DNA of 64,000 nt from Phyllobates terribilis (Eukaryota), in NCBI RefSeq assembly GCF_046119375.1, contig NW_027362773.1, positions 211,916,001 through 211,980,000 of the forward strand, in the 5' to 3' direction. A program made the translations under genes and the position numbers. Positions within the stretch are counted from its first letter, which is position 1; the number at the start of each line of letters is the position of its first letter. Below are positions 34,101 through 49,300 of the stretch, in pieces. Under the pieces are notes generated by a model, which was not told the origin of the DNA, did not search any database, and saw only the letters and a program-made list of their open reading frames with translations.

Positions 34101-37100
34101 CGCGGAGAAATACAGACGGCAGCAGAAAATAGGGCCGGGCGTGAAAGTCTTAGGCTATGTGCCCACGTTGCGGAAATGAAGCAGAAAATTTCTGCTTCAT
34201 TTCCGCATGTCCTCTCCCGGAAAAACGCATGCGGAATTCCGCATGCGTTTATCGCTCGTTTTCGACATGCGGAATTGCCTTGTGTTTTTTATTGCATTGT
34301 ATAAGGCAATTCCGCTTGCAGAAACGCAAAATTAATGAACATGCTGCGGATTTTTGAATGCAGCATAAACGCTGCGGAAAAATCCGCAGCATGGGCATAG
34401 AACTTGCGGATTCTCATTGGGGACCATGGGGGACGGATTACCAAACGTTTAACAAGCGTTTCCGCTGCGGAAAATCCGCTGCAAATATGCTTGTAATCCG
34501 CAACGTGGGCACGCAGCCTTATGCTACGGCCCCACTATCAGTATTTGGTCAGTATTCGGTCAGTATTTTTTCTCAGGAGTGGGAGCCAAAACCAGGTGAG
34601 GAACAATCAGAGAAAAGGTATAATAGAAACAAGTGACCAATTCTGCATTTATCACCCACTCCTGGTTTTGGCTCCCACTCTAGAGAAAAAATACTGACCG
34701 CATACTAACCAAATACTGATAGTGGGGCCGTGGCCTAACCTGCCCCCTCTTAAATGCAACTACAAATCCCAGCATGCACAAATCTGCAGAAAGTCATCCT
34801 GGGACATGTATTTTTTTTTGTAGATTGATGATATAACTTCTTCCACTTGCAGATGTTATAAGAGTTGCAATCGCTTCTTATGCAAGTTTCAAACCAGATC
34901 TTCACGTACATGACACAAGGGAGCGCTTCCTCTTTTTTTTCTGTATTGTATTTTTAGTTTTCCCGATAAATAATTGCATTAAATTGAGCTGCAATACCAG
35001 ACACAGCCTACTGACTAGAGAGGCGCTATTTCCTCTGCTGATCTGCATTATGCCTATGGCAAGCAGTGACTGTTTCCACTTTGTGCTCTATGTCTGTTTT
35101 CCCTTTAGCAAGAAAAAATGCAAATATTTGGCAGGGGAGTATACAGATGATATCCAGCGGAGGCCGTACACCTGCTGTGCTCCTGCTGACGTAAGCGCCA
35201 TCGGCCCCGGGCTACGCGGAAAGAACAATGCAAATAATAAACATTGGCTTAGGATTGGACGTGACCTTCAGGCTCCAGGAAAAGAAATTCTCATAAACCT
35301 TCAAGAAGAACGTGATACGGAGGCATTATTAATGGATGTGGCTACGAGAATGGGCAGGGGTCTGTTATAGGTGGGCCCTAAAGCCTAAGGGGTCCAAAAG
35401 ATCCCCCTGCCACATATGAGGGGGACCAGTACTTGAACAGCATAATGGGCGTAACAGATTTTAACATTGTGGGATCAGATATTTTTTACTGATGTCTTGG
35501 GCACATAGTGGCATAGGGTGGTCTACACGTGGCTAATGTTCAGTGCAGTCTAGGAACGTCGGCATGTATGGCATCTGCTATGCACTAAAGCGCAGATGTC
35601 TGGAATTTGCTGGCGGAAAAGAAACCTGTAACACCTCCAGGATGTCAGTTTTAGTGTCTGGATTATTTTCCTAGTCCTATTTGGCACAGGGGAGAGTTAT
35701 GTGGATCTTACATACTTTCAGATCTTTAAAGGGGTATTCAGATAAAAAAATATATATATTTTTCACCATTTAAAATCCCTCATCTGATCCTGTAGCGACA
35801 TCTCCTTGTTGATCACTACAGCCAATCACTGACCTCAGCATTGATGTTTGCATGTGTACCACTATGGCTAGTGATTGGCGGCAGCAGTTACGGGAATGGG
35901 ACCCTGTGCAAAATCTCTATGAAGGCCCCATCTATCTATTCACCTATGGGCCAAAGAAACCTATTGGGGCCCTCAAGGTCCTGGGTGCGATTGCAATTCC
36001 TGCACCTATTATAGTCACGCCCCTGCATATAATCAATCTCACCCCATAAGCCGAGAGGAATGTGCATCCTAATGAATCTGCCATGAAATCATTATTTCCA
36101 TGCGGCCATTGGACGTGCAGGGTCTTGTAGCTGCACATACATGTTATCAGGGTCATCTTTGTCTATAGCGCCGCCCCCAGGCTATGGGGGTGAGGGTCTT
36201 AACTCCTGGAGCTGGAGAGGCACTAATGGCTTTGTTAAGTCATTGATCAGGATTAGGCTATGTTCACACACTTCCTTTTTGTTTCTACAGCCAAAACCTG
36301 CTCTTTTGGCAGTAAAAATACTGCATTCAAAACACCCATTTTGCAGCATTTTTTATACTTTTATTTGCTTTTGGATTACATTTGTGCTTTGCCCACAGTC
36401 CATATATATTAAAGTTACTTTTATGCACCAAAAATACTTTGAAAATATGTTTTTTTTCCCGCGTTTCTTCGCTTTCTCATTGCTTTTTTTGGATGAAAAA
36501 ATGCTGCAAAAAAACAGAAACAATTGACATGCTGCAGATATAAAAAATGCCGCAGGTCTAAAATTCAGCCAGGAAAAAAGAACACGATATTACTGAAAAT
36601 TCATAGCTTTTGTTTGTATTGCAGAAAAAAAAACGCAGCAAAAAAAATGCTACATGTGAACAGAGCCTTAGATTTTAAGAGGAAACGTTAGAAAAGCCAT
36701 TTTTTTCAGTTGTAGTAAATATAAATGCTTCTTATTTTTTGACAGACTCATTGATAAACATGGATTATTTTACTCTTTATATAAAAATAATAAAACAATT
36801 TCAAATAAATCCCAATAAAAAAATACCAAACCAAAAGAATTTTTTCAGATTCCTCTGTAATTCCTCCTGGAAATTGATACCAGTTGTGGAGAAGGGATGT
36901 CCCTGCACACACTGACACTGTCCAATCAGTGTTGGCTGAAAAGGGAACACCCCACCCCCTCCCAACTGGTGACACCAAGTTCCAAAAAGTTTGGGAAGAA
37001 TTATTTTATGCGGGGGTACAAGTATTTAATAAAGTCAGGAGAGGTGTAAAAGAGTAGGGAACACCCCACCCCCTCCTAACTGGTGACACAAAGTTCCAAA

Positions 37101-37269
37101 AAGTTTGAAAAAAGTTTGGGAAGAATTATTTTATGGGGGGGGGGTACAAGTATTTAGTAAAGTGAGGAGAGGTGTAAAATTATGTGCAGTAAAGACGATG
37201 TTTTTATAAAACCGCCTCTATTAGAAGTGTGACCTGTGCCTGGCCCCCTGATGGCATGTGTCGTATCAG

Positions 37270-37284
37270 CCAGCAGGTGGCGCT
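37270..37284 (+). promoter_or_regulatory. CTCF consensus motif in the SNTB2 promoter/5' UTR; a second match at 44661-44675
   Basis: CCAGCAGGTGGCGCT and CCAGTAGGTGGCAGT match CCASYAGRKGGCRS. Confidence 0.55.
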
Positions 37285-37364
37285 GCGCAGCGTGTGCTGG
37301 AGGAGGGAGCTGTGCCGCCGCCGCCGCTGCTGACACTGGCAGGAAGTGTGCACAGGAGGCGACC

Positions 37365-40300
37365 ATGGCTGTGTGGACCCGAGCCTCCAAGTCTGGGCTC
37401 CTGGAGCTGCTGCTGCAGGACCACTGGGTGCGGGTCCATGCGGAGCTCTCCGGGGAGTCCCTGAGCCTGACCTCGGAGCAGGAGCCGGCAGCACTTAATG
37501 GCATGAGCAATGGCACAGAGTTGGCCCCTGGCAGCCCCCGCAGGGGCCCCGGCCGCTCTGGTGCCAGCTCCCCCCAGGCAGGCTCAGACTGCGGCTCCGA
37601 GTCAGGACTGGGAAGCCCAGGTGCCAGGTTCCCCCTGGACAGCCCGGAGCTGGGCACAGAGCCAGTGAGGAGGGTGAGGGTGGTGAAGCAGGAGTTTGGA
37701 GGACTGGGCATCAGCATCAAGGGCGGCCAGGAGAACCACATGCCCATCCTCATCTCCAAGATCTTCCCAGGACTGGCAGCAGACAAGAGCCAGGCGCTCA
37801 GGGTAGGAGATGCCATCCTCTCAGTCAATGGGGCAGATCTGAGGAACGCCACCCATGACCAAGCTGTGCAAGTGCTGAAGAAAGCGGGCAAGGAGGTGAC
37901 ATTAGAAGGTAAGCTTCTGCCAGTGCACATGCCCATCTTGTGTCTGATATCACTTCTGATTGGAACTTGCACCGTTTTTTTTTTTTTCAAGTTTTAGGAA
38001 AAGTTTTTGCAGAAACGGCGCCCCCTCTTATCCATTGGCTGTGCCTGGTATTGCAGATTGGCAGCAAAATTAGACACACAGCAATATGTTTTTTATTCTA
38101 ATCCCCGACAGCCCCTTTAAGAAAAAAGATGATTCATGTTCATGATTTCTGTTTGACACCAATTGGGTACTAGGCAGCACCCATAAAGAATCCGACACGG
38201 ACCATACACTTTAGATTCCTCCCGACGCCCCGTGTCCACATAAACGTTCAGCTTGGCATGTGTTTTCGATCACTTATGGGAAGCATTTATCTCACCGATG
38301 GGGCATGTTGAAATCCAACATGTCCAATTCTTTTTCCCTTCAATATCATCCACCAGGAGAATGACGGATGATAGTTTTTGTTGGGTTTTCCCGAATTGAT
38401 GGATCCATATATAACTGGGCAGTCCGGAAACTGAGAACGCTGGGTTGTAATGTCGGCCATGATGGCTGTCACCCAGCTTTCCCAGAAGCGGATATAACAC
38501 AGAAGTGTCCGAACAACATTTTTACCAGCTATTACTATTCATACTCCTCTCCCAGTTGCCTAATTACTTTTGCACTGAAAAATGAAACTGGTGTTTTAGA
38601 GACCACACCCGGAGCTTACTGGGTTCAGATTGCATAGGTTTTCCTTCTTTTTGTGAATACCTGATTTTTCGTAATTTTCTTGCGCTTCAGTCTATCACTA
38701 ATAACATGTTTAGCAACAGTCAAAATAAAACAGTTAGTGGAAAACTGGATGTTCTTGTTCTACTGACAAATTACTTACAGAGTATATCTGCCTGTATTAT
38801 ACTCCAGAGCTGCACTCACTATTCTGCTGGTGCAGTCACTGTATACATACATTACAGTACTGATCCTGAGTTACATCCTGTATTATACTCCAGAGCTGCA
38901 CTCTGTATTCTGCTGGTGCAGTCACTGTATACATACATTACATTACTGATCCTGAGTTACATCCTGTATTATATTCCAGAGCTGCACTCACTATTCTGCT
39001 GGTACAGTCACTGTGTACATACATTACATTACTGATCCTGAGTTACATCCTGTATTATACTCCAGAGCTGCACTCACTATTCTGCTGGGGGGTCACTGTG
39101 TACATGCATTACATTACTGATCCTGAGTTACATCCTGTATTATATTCCAGAGCTGCACTCACTATTCTGCTGGTGCAGTCACTGTGTACATACATTACAT
39201 TACTGATCCTGAGTTACATCCTGTATTATATTCCAGAGCTGCACTCACTATTCTGCTGGTACAGTCACTGTGTACATACACTACATTACTAATCCTGAGT
39301 TACATCCTGTATTATACTCCAGAGCTGCACTCACTATTCTGCTGGTACAGTCACTGTGTACATACACTACATTACTAATCCTGAGTTACATCCTGCATTA
39401 TACTCCAGAGCTGCACTCACTATTCTGCTGGTGCAGTCACTGTGTGCATACATTACATTACTGATCCTGAGTTACATCTTGTATTATAGCCCAGAGCTGC
39501 ACTCACTATTCTGCTGGTGCAGTCACTGTGTACATACATTACATTACTGATCCTGTGTTACATCCTGTATTATACTCCAGAGCTGCACTCACTATTCTGC
39601 TGATGCAGTCACTGTGTGCATACATTACATTACTGATCCTGAGTTACATCTTGTATAATAGCCCAGAGCTGCACTCACTATTCTGCTGGTGCAGTCACTG
39701 TGTACATACATTACATTACTGATCCTGTTCTGATTCTGAGTTACATCTTGTATTATACTCCAGAGCTGCACTCACTATTCTGCTGGTGCAGTCACTGTGT
39801 ACATGCATTACATTACTGATCCTGAGTTACATCCTGTATTATACTCCAGAGGTGCACTCACTATATGCATAAATAATTGGAAAAAACCCTAAAATCAGCA
39901 CCCCCTCAAAATATTCAGGGAAGTTTAACCCTTCAGGTGCGGCACAGGAATGAACGCAAAGTGGAATGAAAAATTTAAACTTTTTCCCCAACTAAAATGT
40001 AGCTAACACAACAGGCCACGATAACTTGCAGACCCTGGGGCAACCATCGGTACCATACAGTCGAGATTTCAGGGTGCTGATGGGATTAAGTAGGTAGCCC
40101 CCCTCTTTTAACTATTTGGATGCCACTGTCGCTATTGACAGCAGCATCTACGGGGGTTTAAACGTCCACGATCGTATATAACTGAAAATGGAAAAATTCT
40201 TGAGAATTTTTAAGAAGAAGCAAATTTCAAAGTTTTTTTTGCAATTTTGACCCATTTAAGAGGTTAAGTTTTGTGAAATGTTAAAGTCTTAGGGCTGAAG

Positions 40301-43300
40301 TTGAGAAGGACAGACCCCAACAGGACAGATCTCTCCTGGTAGTAGTTTACTACAATGTATCCGCGCCTGACAGAGGATGATCCAGACTGGATACAATTTT
40401 ACAATCCCTCGGTTCTTGGTGTAAAGAAGAATCTTCCCATTCACATCTGCGTCACAGATTCCATTAAAAAAAAGTCCCAAAAAGTTGTACATGTGACAAC
40501 CACCCTCCCAAGAATCACTATAATAGAACCTAATGGCAACCTTTGTCTTTGATCCGTGTCCCACTTCTGACACCTTCACCTATCAGGAATAACATATATA
40601 GAGAATATTATCCCTGGCACTCAGAGACATCTTTCCTTCTGAAGTAGAGCTAATTTGCTTTTTTTCCGACAAGCATTGGTTATAAGGCAATGTTCACACT
40701 GACATTTTAAAAAAAATATATATATGTTCCTTCACTTCTTATTCATTTTTTATTCGAACTCCTATTGGCTGTTCTTATTTTTTTTGCCTTTTGATTTTTC
40801 ACTGAAAAAGTTTAAAAAAAAAAAAAAAATACTTAGTGGAAAAAAAAAACCACGTCAATTCCTTGAAGGAAACATCTCCAAACTGGGCACTGTCCAATCA
40901 AAAGGCTGCGAAGCACACTTCAGGAAAATTACTCCTCCAAAAGTTTTCATAGTCTCTGCAGCAAAGAAAGGTTATGTTCACCCTGAGATTTTTTTTTTTT
41001 TTTTTTTGAGGCCGTCAGCGTTTTTCAAGTGGAAACCGCTTCAGGAAACGCTCCTCTTTCTATTTAAAATTCTTGAGGAAGTTTCTGTTCTCTGAAGTTT
41101 TTTCAAACTTCTTTTTTTTTTCAGTTTTTCTTTCCTGATGTGTTTTTTTTTTTTTTTTTGCAGCCTTGCTTAGTTTGGAGTGTTTTCCATCAGTAGACAC
41201 TTCAGACAAGGGATATGCGCTTTCTTTTTTTGCCACCAGATGTTTTTTAAAACCTGAAGCGGGAAAAAAAAAAAGTTTAAAAGACGGAACATAAAATGTG
41301 GTTTTACAATAGCAATAAAAAAAAAAGTCTTTCACGCTTTTGTTTCTTTTAAGGGATTTTTCATGCGTTTTTCTGAGCAGGCCAACTCCAAAAACTGTGA
41401 CCATATACCCTTGATCTGACGGTGCCTTGCCACCGGCTGCTTTTTTTTTTTACATCTCATATATAACATAGTAGTGGCTTTCAAGTGCAAGCCGGCTGAA
41501 GAATGGACCAGTCACTTCTTTAAGTCTCTTCATGGAATCTGCCTGAAATACACTGAAAAAATTGTTAAAGAAAACCCATATAAATTAATAGGAAGAGTTT
41601 TTCAAACCTGTTTATTTTGAACATGATTTGCTCTATGACAAAAAAAAAATGTTGTAAAAAAATAAACCAAAAACCCTCCCATGTGAACATAACCTAAAGC
41701 TTTCCCCATCCACCTCCACTTCCCTGAACCAAAGGTGCATAAAAAATCAGATCCCATATGGAACATGTGGATTGCATGATTGTATCAGACTTTTACAGAT
41801 ACATTACAATTAGAAGCTGTATTTGATTGTGTAACATTATAAACTGTGTAAAATCGGATGTCATACGGACACACGGAAGAAAATCGTCCTTGTTTTCTGG
41901 ATGAAAATTAAATGATTTTTTTTTCATGCGCTCATCTGACTCCGACCAAAGGCGAATCCATTTGTAAAAACTCGTTGTTTTTGAAATCCTCAAAAAAGCT
42001 TTGTGTGAACATAGCCAAAGACATCATGCACAATCTGTCCGTCTCGAGAATCTGCTCCCTCCAAGATCTGATTTACCAAATGACCTCTTGCGCTCATTCG
42101 GAAGAACCCCTACCTTTCCCCTTAAGGTTGATACTGTCTATTATGTTCTAAGGGTCACCCCAATCCTGCAGACCAGCCTTCTTATATCTATGGGCTGCAA
42201 ATATGCAGGTTTGTCCCAGAAATCGGGGTGTGTTCGTGTAAAGGATTTGTTTTTTTAAGTAGACGCTCCTCTTTGCCCAGTTCCATGGAGCTGCCAAAAA
42301 ACAGAACTTTTCTGCAGCCGCGTTAACCCTTTCCGTGCAGAATCCCCCCCCCCCCACTGCCTAACAGAACGGAGAGATTTGCTGAGTCTGATAATACTAA
42401 TCGGTCTTAACTCGGCATTAATATTAATACCCCTCCGCCCCCTGCTGATGACTGCTGTCGCCTTATACGGAGCATCATCTGTTTCTGTGTATGCTATTTA
42501 ACCCGAAAAGTGGGAAGATTACCGCAACGGTGTTGTTACATTGGGATTATTTCATTATCTGGGTCCCTGTTTGGTGGACCCCATAGGGCAGGCTACTACA
42601 GGACTTAGCTGTAAGTCTACACAATTACAGGAATTTAACCATGAAATGGTTAAAAATAACGGGGGTTTGGCAGAGGGAACTGCAATATTTTAACAATTTT
42701 TTGAATTATTTATTAATGTCAGTGCTGTGGTCTGCGAGACATTATAACAAATTGGCGCCATTTTTCATAGCTCTTGGAAGCGTCAATGTATCCACAAAGT
42801 CCTACGTTTTACAGGGAACTGCCTGCTGTAGAACTACAACTCCCAACATTAACAGCAGCACAGATCTTTCTCCTGTTCTTGCAGTTTGCTACAATGTATC
42901 AGTCTTTTTTTTTTTTTTTTTTTTTTCTTTTTTTTTTTTTAATCTTATGTAGCAAACTCTCAGGATGCGACTTAGGCTATGTGCACACATTCAGTATTTG
43001 CTGCAGGTTTTTCTGCAAGAAAACCGCTGCAGAAAATTTCAGAAATCTCGTTCACTTTTCTGGTACTTTAAACGCCCCATTTTTTTTTATTTTTTTTTTA
43101 CCCTGAATGCAAAAAATGCAGTGTGTGAACAAACCCTAAAACTCACTGCATCCAGGAGTTAGGGGAAAAAAACAACTAGTTGTTCGCACAGCTGCGATAT
43201 TGCTACAATGTATCTAGTCTAGACAATCCTCTGAGCAGCATACGTCTCTGCTGTCCTAATAGTTTGCTACAATGTATCAGTCCAGCTTGTTTATTCCAAA

Positions 43301-46300
43301 GCATTGCTGCACTAGATACAATTGTAGCAAATAGTCAGCTGTGGAAATTTTGGAATTTTTGTGCAATTTTTGGGTTATCGTAGTTTTTCAGTCACATTAA
43401 TGTATTTTCCGTGGGCACAACAGACAGCGCATGGACTAATTTTGGTCTCGGTGCTGGTGCACGTGGGCGATTTTTCGATTTACGTACCAGACTGGTGCAT
43501 GTAGATAATAGGCGGCTCTAGTACCTGTCCGCAATGCAGACGGAGCCGGTGACAGATCTGCAAAGTTCAGCGCTCCTCTAAACTTGGCTTATTGATGCAA
43601 ATTGGGATGTTTCCATTCAGTGACAGCAAGAACAGATTTTGTAAACGTGGCTTGGTGCCATACTCCCAGCCCCATAGCTGTAGATGTACAGTAGATGGTT
43701 AGGACATGCTGAGAGTTGTAGTTTTTTGCACTGGAGAGGCACAGATTGGAGACCACCGGTGTAAAAAATTACAGACATCCAATGTCGTCGGCCCCCCTTC
43801 CCAGCTGGAGTCATATGTAAAGAGCTCAGCATCTGGTTCGCTGGCAGCGGCCGGGTCTCTCGGCACTGGGTGTGCCGTGTGTGTAGCCAGCATATGCTCC
43901 GCATGTGACTGACACATAAATGTTACAAGATGCTGGTGTTTACTCAGCGCTGTAAAACTTTCGCAGACTGTTAAAGTTTGGGAGTGTTCATGAAAAGCAT
44001 AGCACGAAATATCATGAATATTATAATACATATAGATCTGCATTGGAGCTGTATACCCAAAACGGTAACTTTTTTTTTTTTATTTTGGAAAGTTGCACAC
44101 TTTTACATTTTTTTACATTTCAGAAACTTGGCAAATATATTTTCATTTTGTCATGTTCTGAGAATTATTGGCCGTTGCTCCATATAATGTGGAAAGCAGC
44201 ATTGAATGTGTGCCCAGAATGAGAGGTGCTTTTCTTAGGAGTATATCTGATCGTGGAAAACATTTTCTTCCAAAATCAGCGACTTCGGTCCACAGATTGT
44301 GTTAAGTATTGCAGATTTATTTAATGGAACTGCAATACCATGCACATCCAATAGAAAGGGGTGGCGCTGTTTCTGCAAGAGGGCAGCTTGTTTTTCGAAT
44401 CCTAAGCAACCGATTATTGGTAAACTGATGATCCAGGTGAGGGTGAATATTCATCTTTAGAGGAAAGGTAATTTTTCCTCCTCCTTGTAAATTTTATATT
44501 GTACAGTATTTTATAGGTTGCACTTTGATCCTCTGTGAGCTGGAGAGATACAGGTCAAAGGCACAGGAGAGGTGAGGCCACAATGTGCAGCAGCATGTAT
44601 GTCTCAGGCAATCCACACATTTTAGAGTACAGTTAGGGTTTTCTGTTATGATTGCTTCTTCCAGTAGGTGGCAGTAGAGTTCAAGTACTATTCCCCTTTA
44701 AATGGTATAACCGTTGAGTCCATACTCTTGCTAAAACCTTTGGGGACATCTGAATCCTAAAGCCTCTGAGAAAAGAGAGGGCAAATGGGTTTACATGATT
44801 TGTGGAGAGAACACTGCCAAACGTGGAGTATTTTAGTTTCAGCCAATCAGCTTCTTCAGCAGAGGATCTGGGGGAGTATATTGGTTACATCAAGGGGGTG
44901 CATATAGCATTAATTGAACAGCATCAGAAATCTTTTCAGGGGTATTGAGTGCAGCCTGTTGTCCTACTGGAAAGGACAGGTGGACGGTGCTTCTGGAATG
45001 GAGCCTTGTCAGTCATTGGCTCTCCTCCAATCAAAGCTGACATGGTTCCTCCCCCTCAAGTGCTGCAAACATGTCCTTTTCGGAAGGACTCTAACCTTTT
45101 ACTCAGCAATTTCTTAAAAGTGACAGCTGTTTATTAATAGTGATATAAGGAATCCCCCAAGAAAAGCTGGTGCCCCGAAATCAGTTGACTGTAGGGGAAA
45201 GTATGTATTACACAGTCCTCATTGAAAAAAATGGACTGTCACTCTTTCCAGCAGCTCTTTCCTGCGGGTACTGAATGGACCCCCTACTGTAACATCCATG
45301 TCTGTTAGCTCAGCTGGACAACAGTGAAATTTGCTTTATCCAAATTTGGCAGAAAAGTCCCAAAAGTGGGAACTAGAGGCCTTATTATTATTTATTGTTA
45401 TAGCGCCATTTATTCCATGGCGCTTTACATGTGAAAAACGGGTATACATAGCAAACAACAAGTACAATAATTTGAACAAAAACGAGTCAGCGACTGGTAC
45501 AGGAGAAGAGAAGACCCTGCCCGCGAGGGCTCACAATCTACAAGGGATGGGTGAGGATACAGTAGGTGAGGGTAGAGCTGGTCATGGAGCGGTATGGTGG
45601 AGCGAGGGTTACTGCAGGTTGTAGGCTTGTCGGAAGACGTGGGTCTTCAGGTTCCTTTTGAAGGTTTCCACGGTAGGCGAGAGTCTGTTGCTTTGGGGTA
45701 GAGAGTTCCAGAGTAGGGGGGGATGCACGGGAGAAATCTTGTATGCGATTGTGGGAAGAGGAGATACGAGGGGAGTAGAGAAGGAGATCTTGTGAGGATC
45801 AGAGGTTGCGTGCAGGTAAGTACCAGGAGACTAGGTCAGAGATATATGGAGGAGACAGGTTGTGGATGGATTTGTATGTCATGGTTGAGGTTTTGAACTG
45901 GAGTCTCTGGGCAATGGTGAGCCAGTGAAGAGATTGACAGAGAGGAGAGGTGGGGGGGGGGGACGACGACAGGTGGATTAGCGGGCAGCAGAGTTTAGGA
46001 TAGATTGAAGGGGTGCTAGGGTGTTGGAGTGGAGGCAACAGAGCAGGAGGTTGCAGTAGTCCAGGTGGGAGATGATGAGGGCTTGCACTAGTGTTTTTGC
46101 AGAGCCTTTGCTGAGGAATGTGCGGATTCAGGAGATATTTTTGAGTTGGAGTCGCAGGAAGTGGAAAGGGCTTGGATATGTGGTTTGAAGGAGAGATCAG
46201 AGTCCAGGGTTACCCCGAGGCAGCGAGCTTGCGGGACTCAGGAGAGTGGACAGCCATTGATGTTGATGGATAGATCAGATGGGGGGGGGGTTGAGCGAGA

Positions 46301-49300
46301 TGGTGGAAAGATGATGAATTCTGTTTTATCCATGTTAAGTTTTAGAAATCTAGCAGAGAAGAAGGATGAGATAGCGGACAGACTTAGTGTACATGTTGGA
46401 TATAAAAAAACTGTTCTGAAACTACAACCTCCAGCATTTTGCGGTCAGGACATGTTGTGAGTTGTAGTTTCACAACAGTTGGAGTACACTGATAAACAAT
46501 GCCACTGCCTCCCGGAGTCAGAGGATGCTGGGAGTTGTAGTTTTACAACAACAGATTGCAGCCCACTGATAAACAATGCCCCGGATCACCCACCTTACCC
46601 AGTTGTGGACCCCAATATCCAGCCTTTCAGGAGTCTGTCATCCCAGCTTTCCCAGAAACCTGATTTTTAGCAAGAATGCTCTTAAAGACACCGGCTATGG
46701 AATACAGCGACTTATTTTGGCTGCACCTGATGGATGTATCCTTAGGGGCTGCTGGTATTGGAAAGAGACCCTTCTGTGCCCCCCTTTCCCCTTTTCTGCG
46801 CCTCTCCATTTATAACACCATGCGATCCCGCTCTCCCTTATATGGAGACTCTCCCTAATCCTCCCTTATTCTGCAACAAGCCATATAATCTGCAGTGAGA
46901 TAGCAGCTTCAGACCAGATTAACCCCTGACATCCCCGAGGAGGGGGGGGGGTTGTAAGGCGTCTGGCAGTCACCACCAGGCTGGCGTCATTATTTCATGC
47001 TATATTTATTCTGGAGACCCCATTTAAGGGAAAAATATGAAGTTTTTCTTGAAACTTTTTTTTTTTTTTTTTTCTCCTCCTCCCTTCGTCGCATTACTCG
47101 CATCTTATGCAATGTCCAGGAAAAGAAAATTTCATTGTGAAATCCAAAACGTCTGCAGTAAAAATATTCAATTGAGTTGTTAAGATGATAAAAACGTCCC
47201 AATAAGTATAAGACAGTTGAGTGACCTCAATTACAGTTTTTACCATGATTGTCATCCAGCTTTTCCAGGATCCTGAATGGCAAAACTGTGTAATTGCTGT
47301 ATCCATTGACTCTAATTTTCCAATCTTTTCTCTTCCACAGTGCGTTTCCTGCAGGATGTGTCCCCCTATATTCGGAAGTCGTCCCTGGTGGGTGATCTTC
47401 CCTGGGACGGTTGTGACCTCCGCAGTCCGGCACACAGCGATGCATCTGGATCCCCCAAACATGGCCCCAGGGACTGCAAGGTCATTCCCTTAAAAATGTG
47501 TTACGCTGCGAGAAATCTGAGCATGTACGACCCCGAGGGACGGTCAGTGACAATGTGTGCGTGGCTCCACTGTTCCTGTTTGTCTCCGTAGGAGGTGCAT
47601 GTAGTGGTGCGCCTCGCGCCTCTGCTCCGTGCCTCTTATGTCTACATCTCTTCCAGGCTGGTAGAGCTGCGCTCGCCGGACGGATGTCACTCTCTGGTGC
47701 TCCGCTGTAGGGATTCGGCCTCCGCTCTGTCCTGGTCACAGGCCTTGCACAATAACATTACGGCTCTGCTGCCACAGGTCCTGGCGGAGACCCAGTGCAT
47801 GCTGGGAGCTGCGACCGAAGACCTCAGATATTTAGGCTGGGTGGCTGAAAAGGTGCGTATATGGTCCAATATGTACTAAATATATGATCGATGAGGGACT
47901 GATGGCCGGGACCCCCTCTGTTATTGAAAACAGTGTCCACGCTCACCACCACTCCAGTCACTTCTATGGGAAAGTTATCGACCACCGCTCCCATACACAG
48001 TGAGTGGAACAATGGTCATGCATATGTGCTCCCGCTCTATTGACACAGTGGACTTTATGGTCCCCGTTCTCAGGATTGGTGGGGGTCCCAGCAATTATAC
48101 ATTTATCATATATCCTGGGAATATATTATTAATGGGACAACCCCTTGTAAAATTTTATTGATAAATTCTACGTATTAACAGTCAGTTATATTTCACTATT
48201 ATGAAGAACTCTGCTTGCTGTTAGTAAATGGGAGCAATTTACAGATCTAGTACTTCTCACAACTGAGAGGCCCCCTATATACAGGGTGAGCCCCTGCATA
48301 GCCTCCTATATACAGGGTGATGCCCCACATAGCCCTCTATATGTTAACCAATTATGTCCTCAATAATAGTGGAGGTAATTCACATAGTAACTACAACAAT
48401 ACCTCAGGCAAAAAATAAAGACTGAGAAACAAAGCGATCCATCAATTAAAAACTATGAATTTTATTGAAACAAAATTAAAAATATCCAATAAAAGAGCAG
48501 AATGCCATAATAGGGGACGCCCCCGGAAGAAGCTGGCAGCGAAACGCGCGTCGGGGTGAGGTGACACGGACCCACGCACTTTTCCACACTTTAAAGGATT
48601 CCTCATTTCACAGGTATTGGACCTTTTGGCACATTGTATATACACTGCTCAAAAAAATAAAGGGAACACTCAAATAACACATCCTAGATCTGAATGAATG
48701 AAATATTCTCATTGAATACTTTGTTCTGTACAAAGTTGAATGTGCTGACAAAAAAATCACACAAAAATCATCAATGGAAATCAAATTTATTAACCAATGG
48801 AGGCCTGGATTTGGGTCACCCCCAAAATTAAAGTGGAAAAACACACTACAGGCTGATCCAACTTTGATGTAATGTCCTTTAAAACAAGTCAAAATGAGGT
48901 TCAGTATTCTGTATGGCCTCCACGTGCCTGTATGACCTCCCTACAACGCCTGGGCATGCTCCTGATGAGGTTGCGGATGGTCTCCTGTGGGATCTCCTCC
49001 CAGACCTGAACTAAAGCATCCGTCAACTCCTGGACAGTCTGTGGTGCAACGTGACGTTGGTGGATGGAGCGAGACATGATGTCCCAGATGTGCTCAATCG
49101 GATTCAGGTCTGGGGAACAGGCGGGCCAGTCCATAGCTTCAATGCCTTCATCTAGCAGAAACTTCTGATATACTCCAGCCACATGAGGTCTGGCATTGTC
49201 CTGCATTAGGAGGAACCCAGGGCCAACCGCACCAGCATATGGTCTCACCAGGGGTATGAGGATCTCAACTGAGTACCTAATGTCACTCAGGCTACCTCTG

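Noticed and set aside
37154-37990. 278-aa minus-strand ORF
   Set aside because: Antisense shadow of GC-rich SNTB2 exon 1.
38790-39865. Regular repeat array resembling CRISPR, and the repeated 64-aa ORFs within it
   Set aside because: The units are contiguous with no unique spacers, there are no cas genes, and the context is eukaryotic. The ORFs are artefacts of the 86-bp period.
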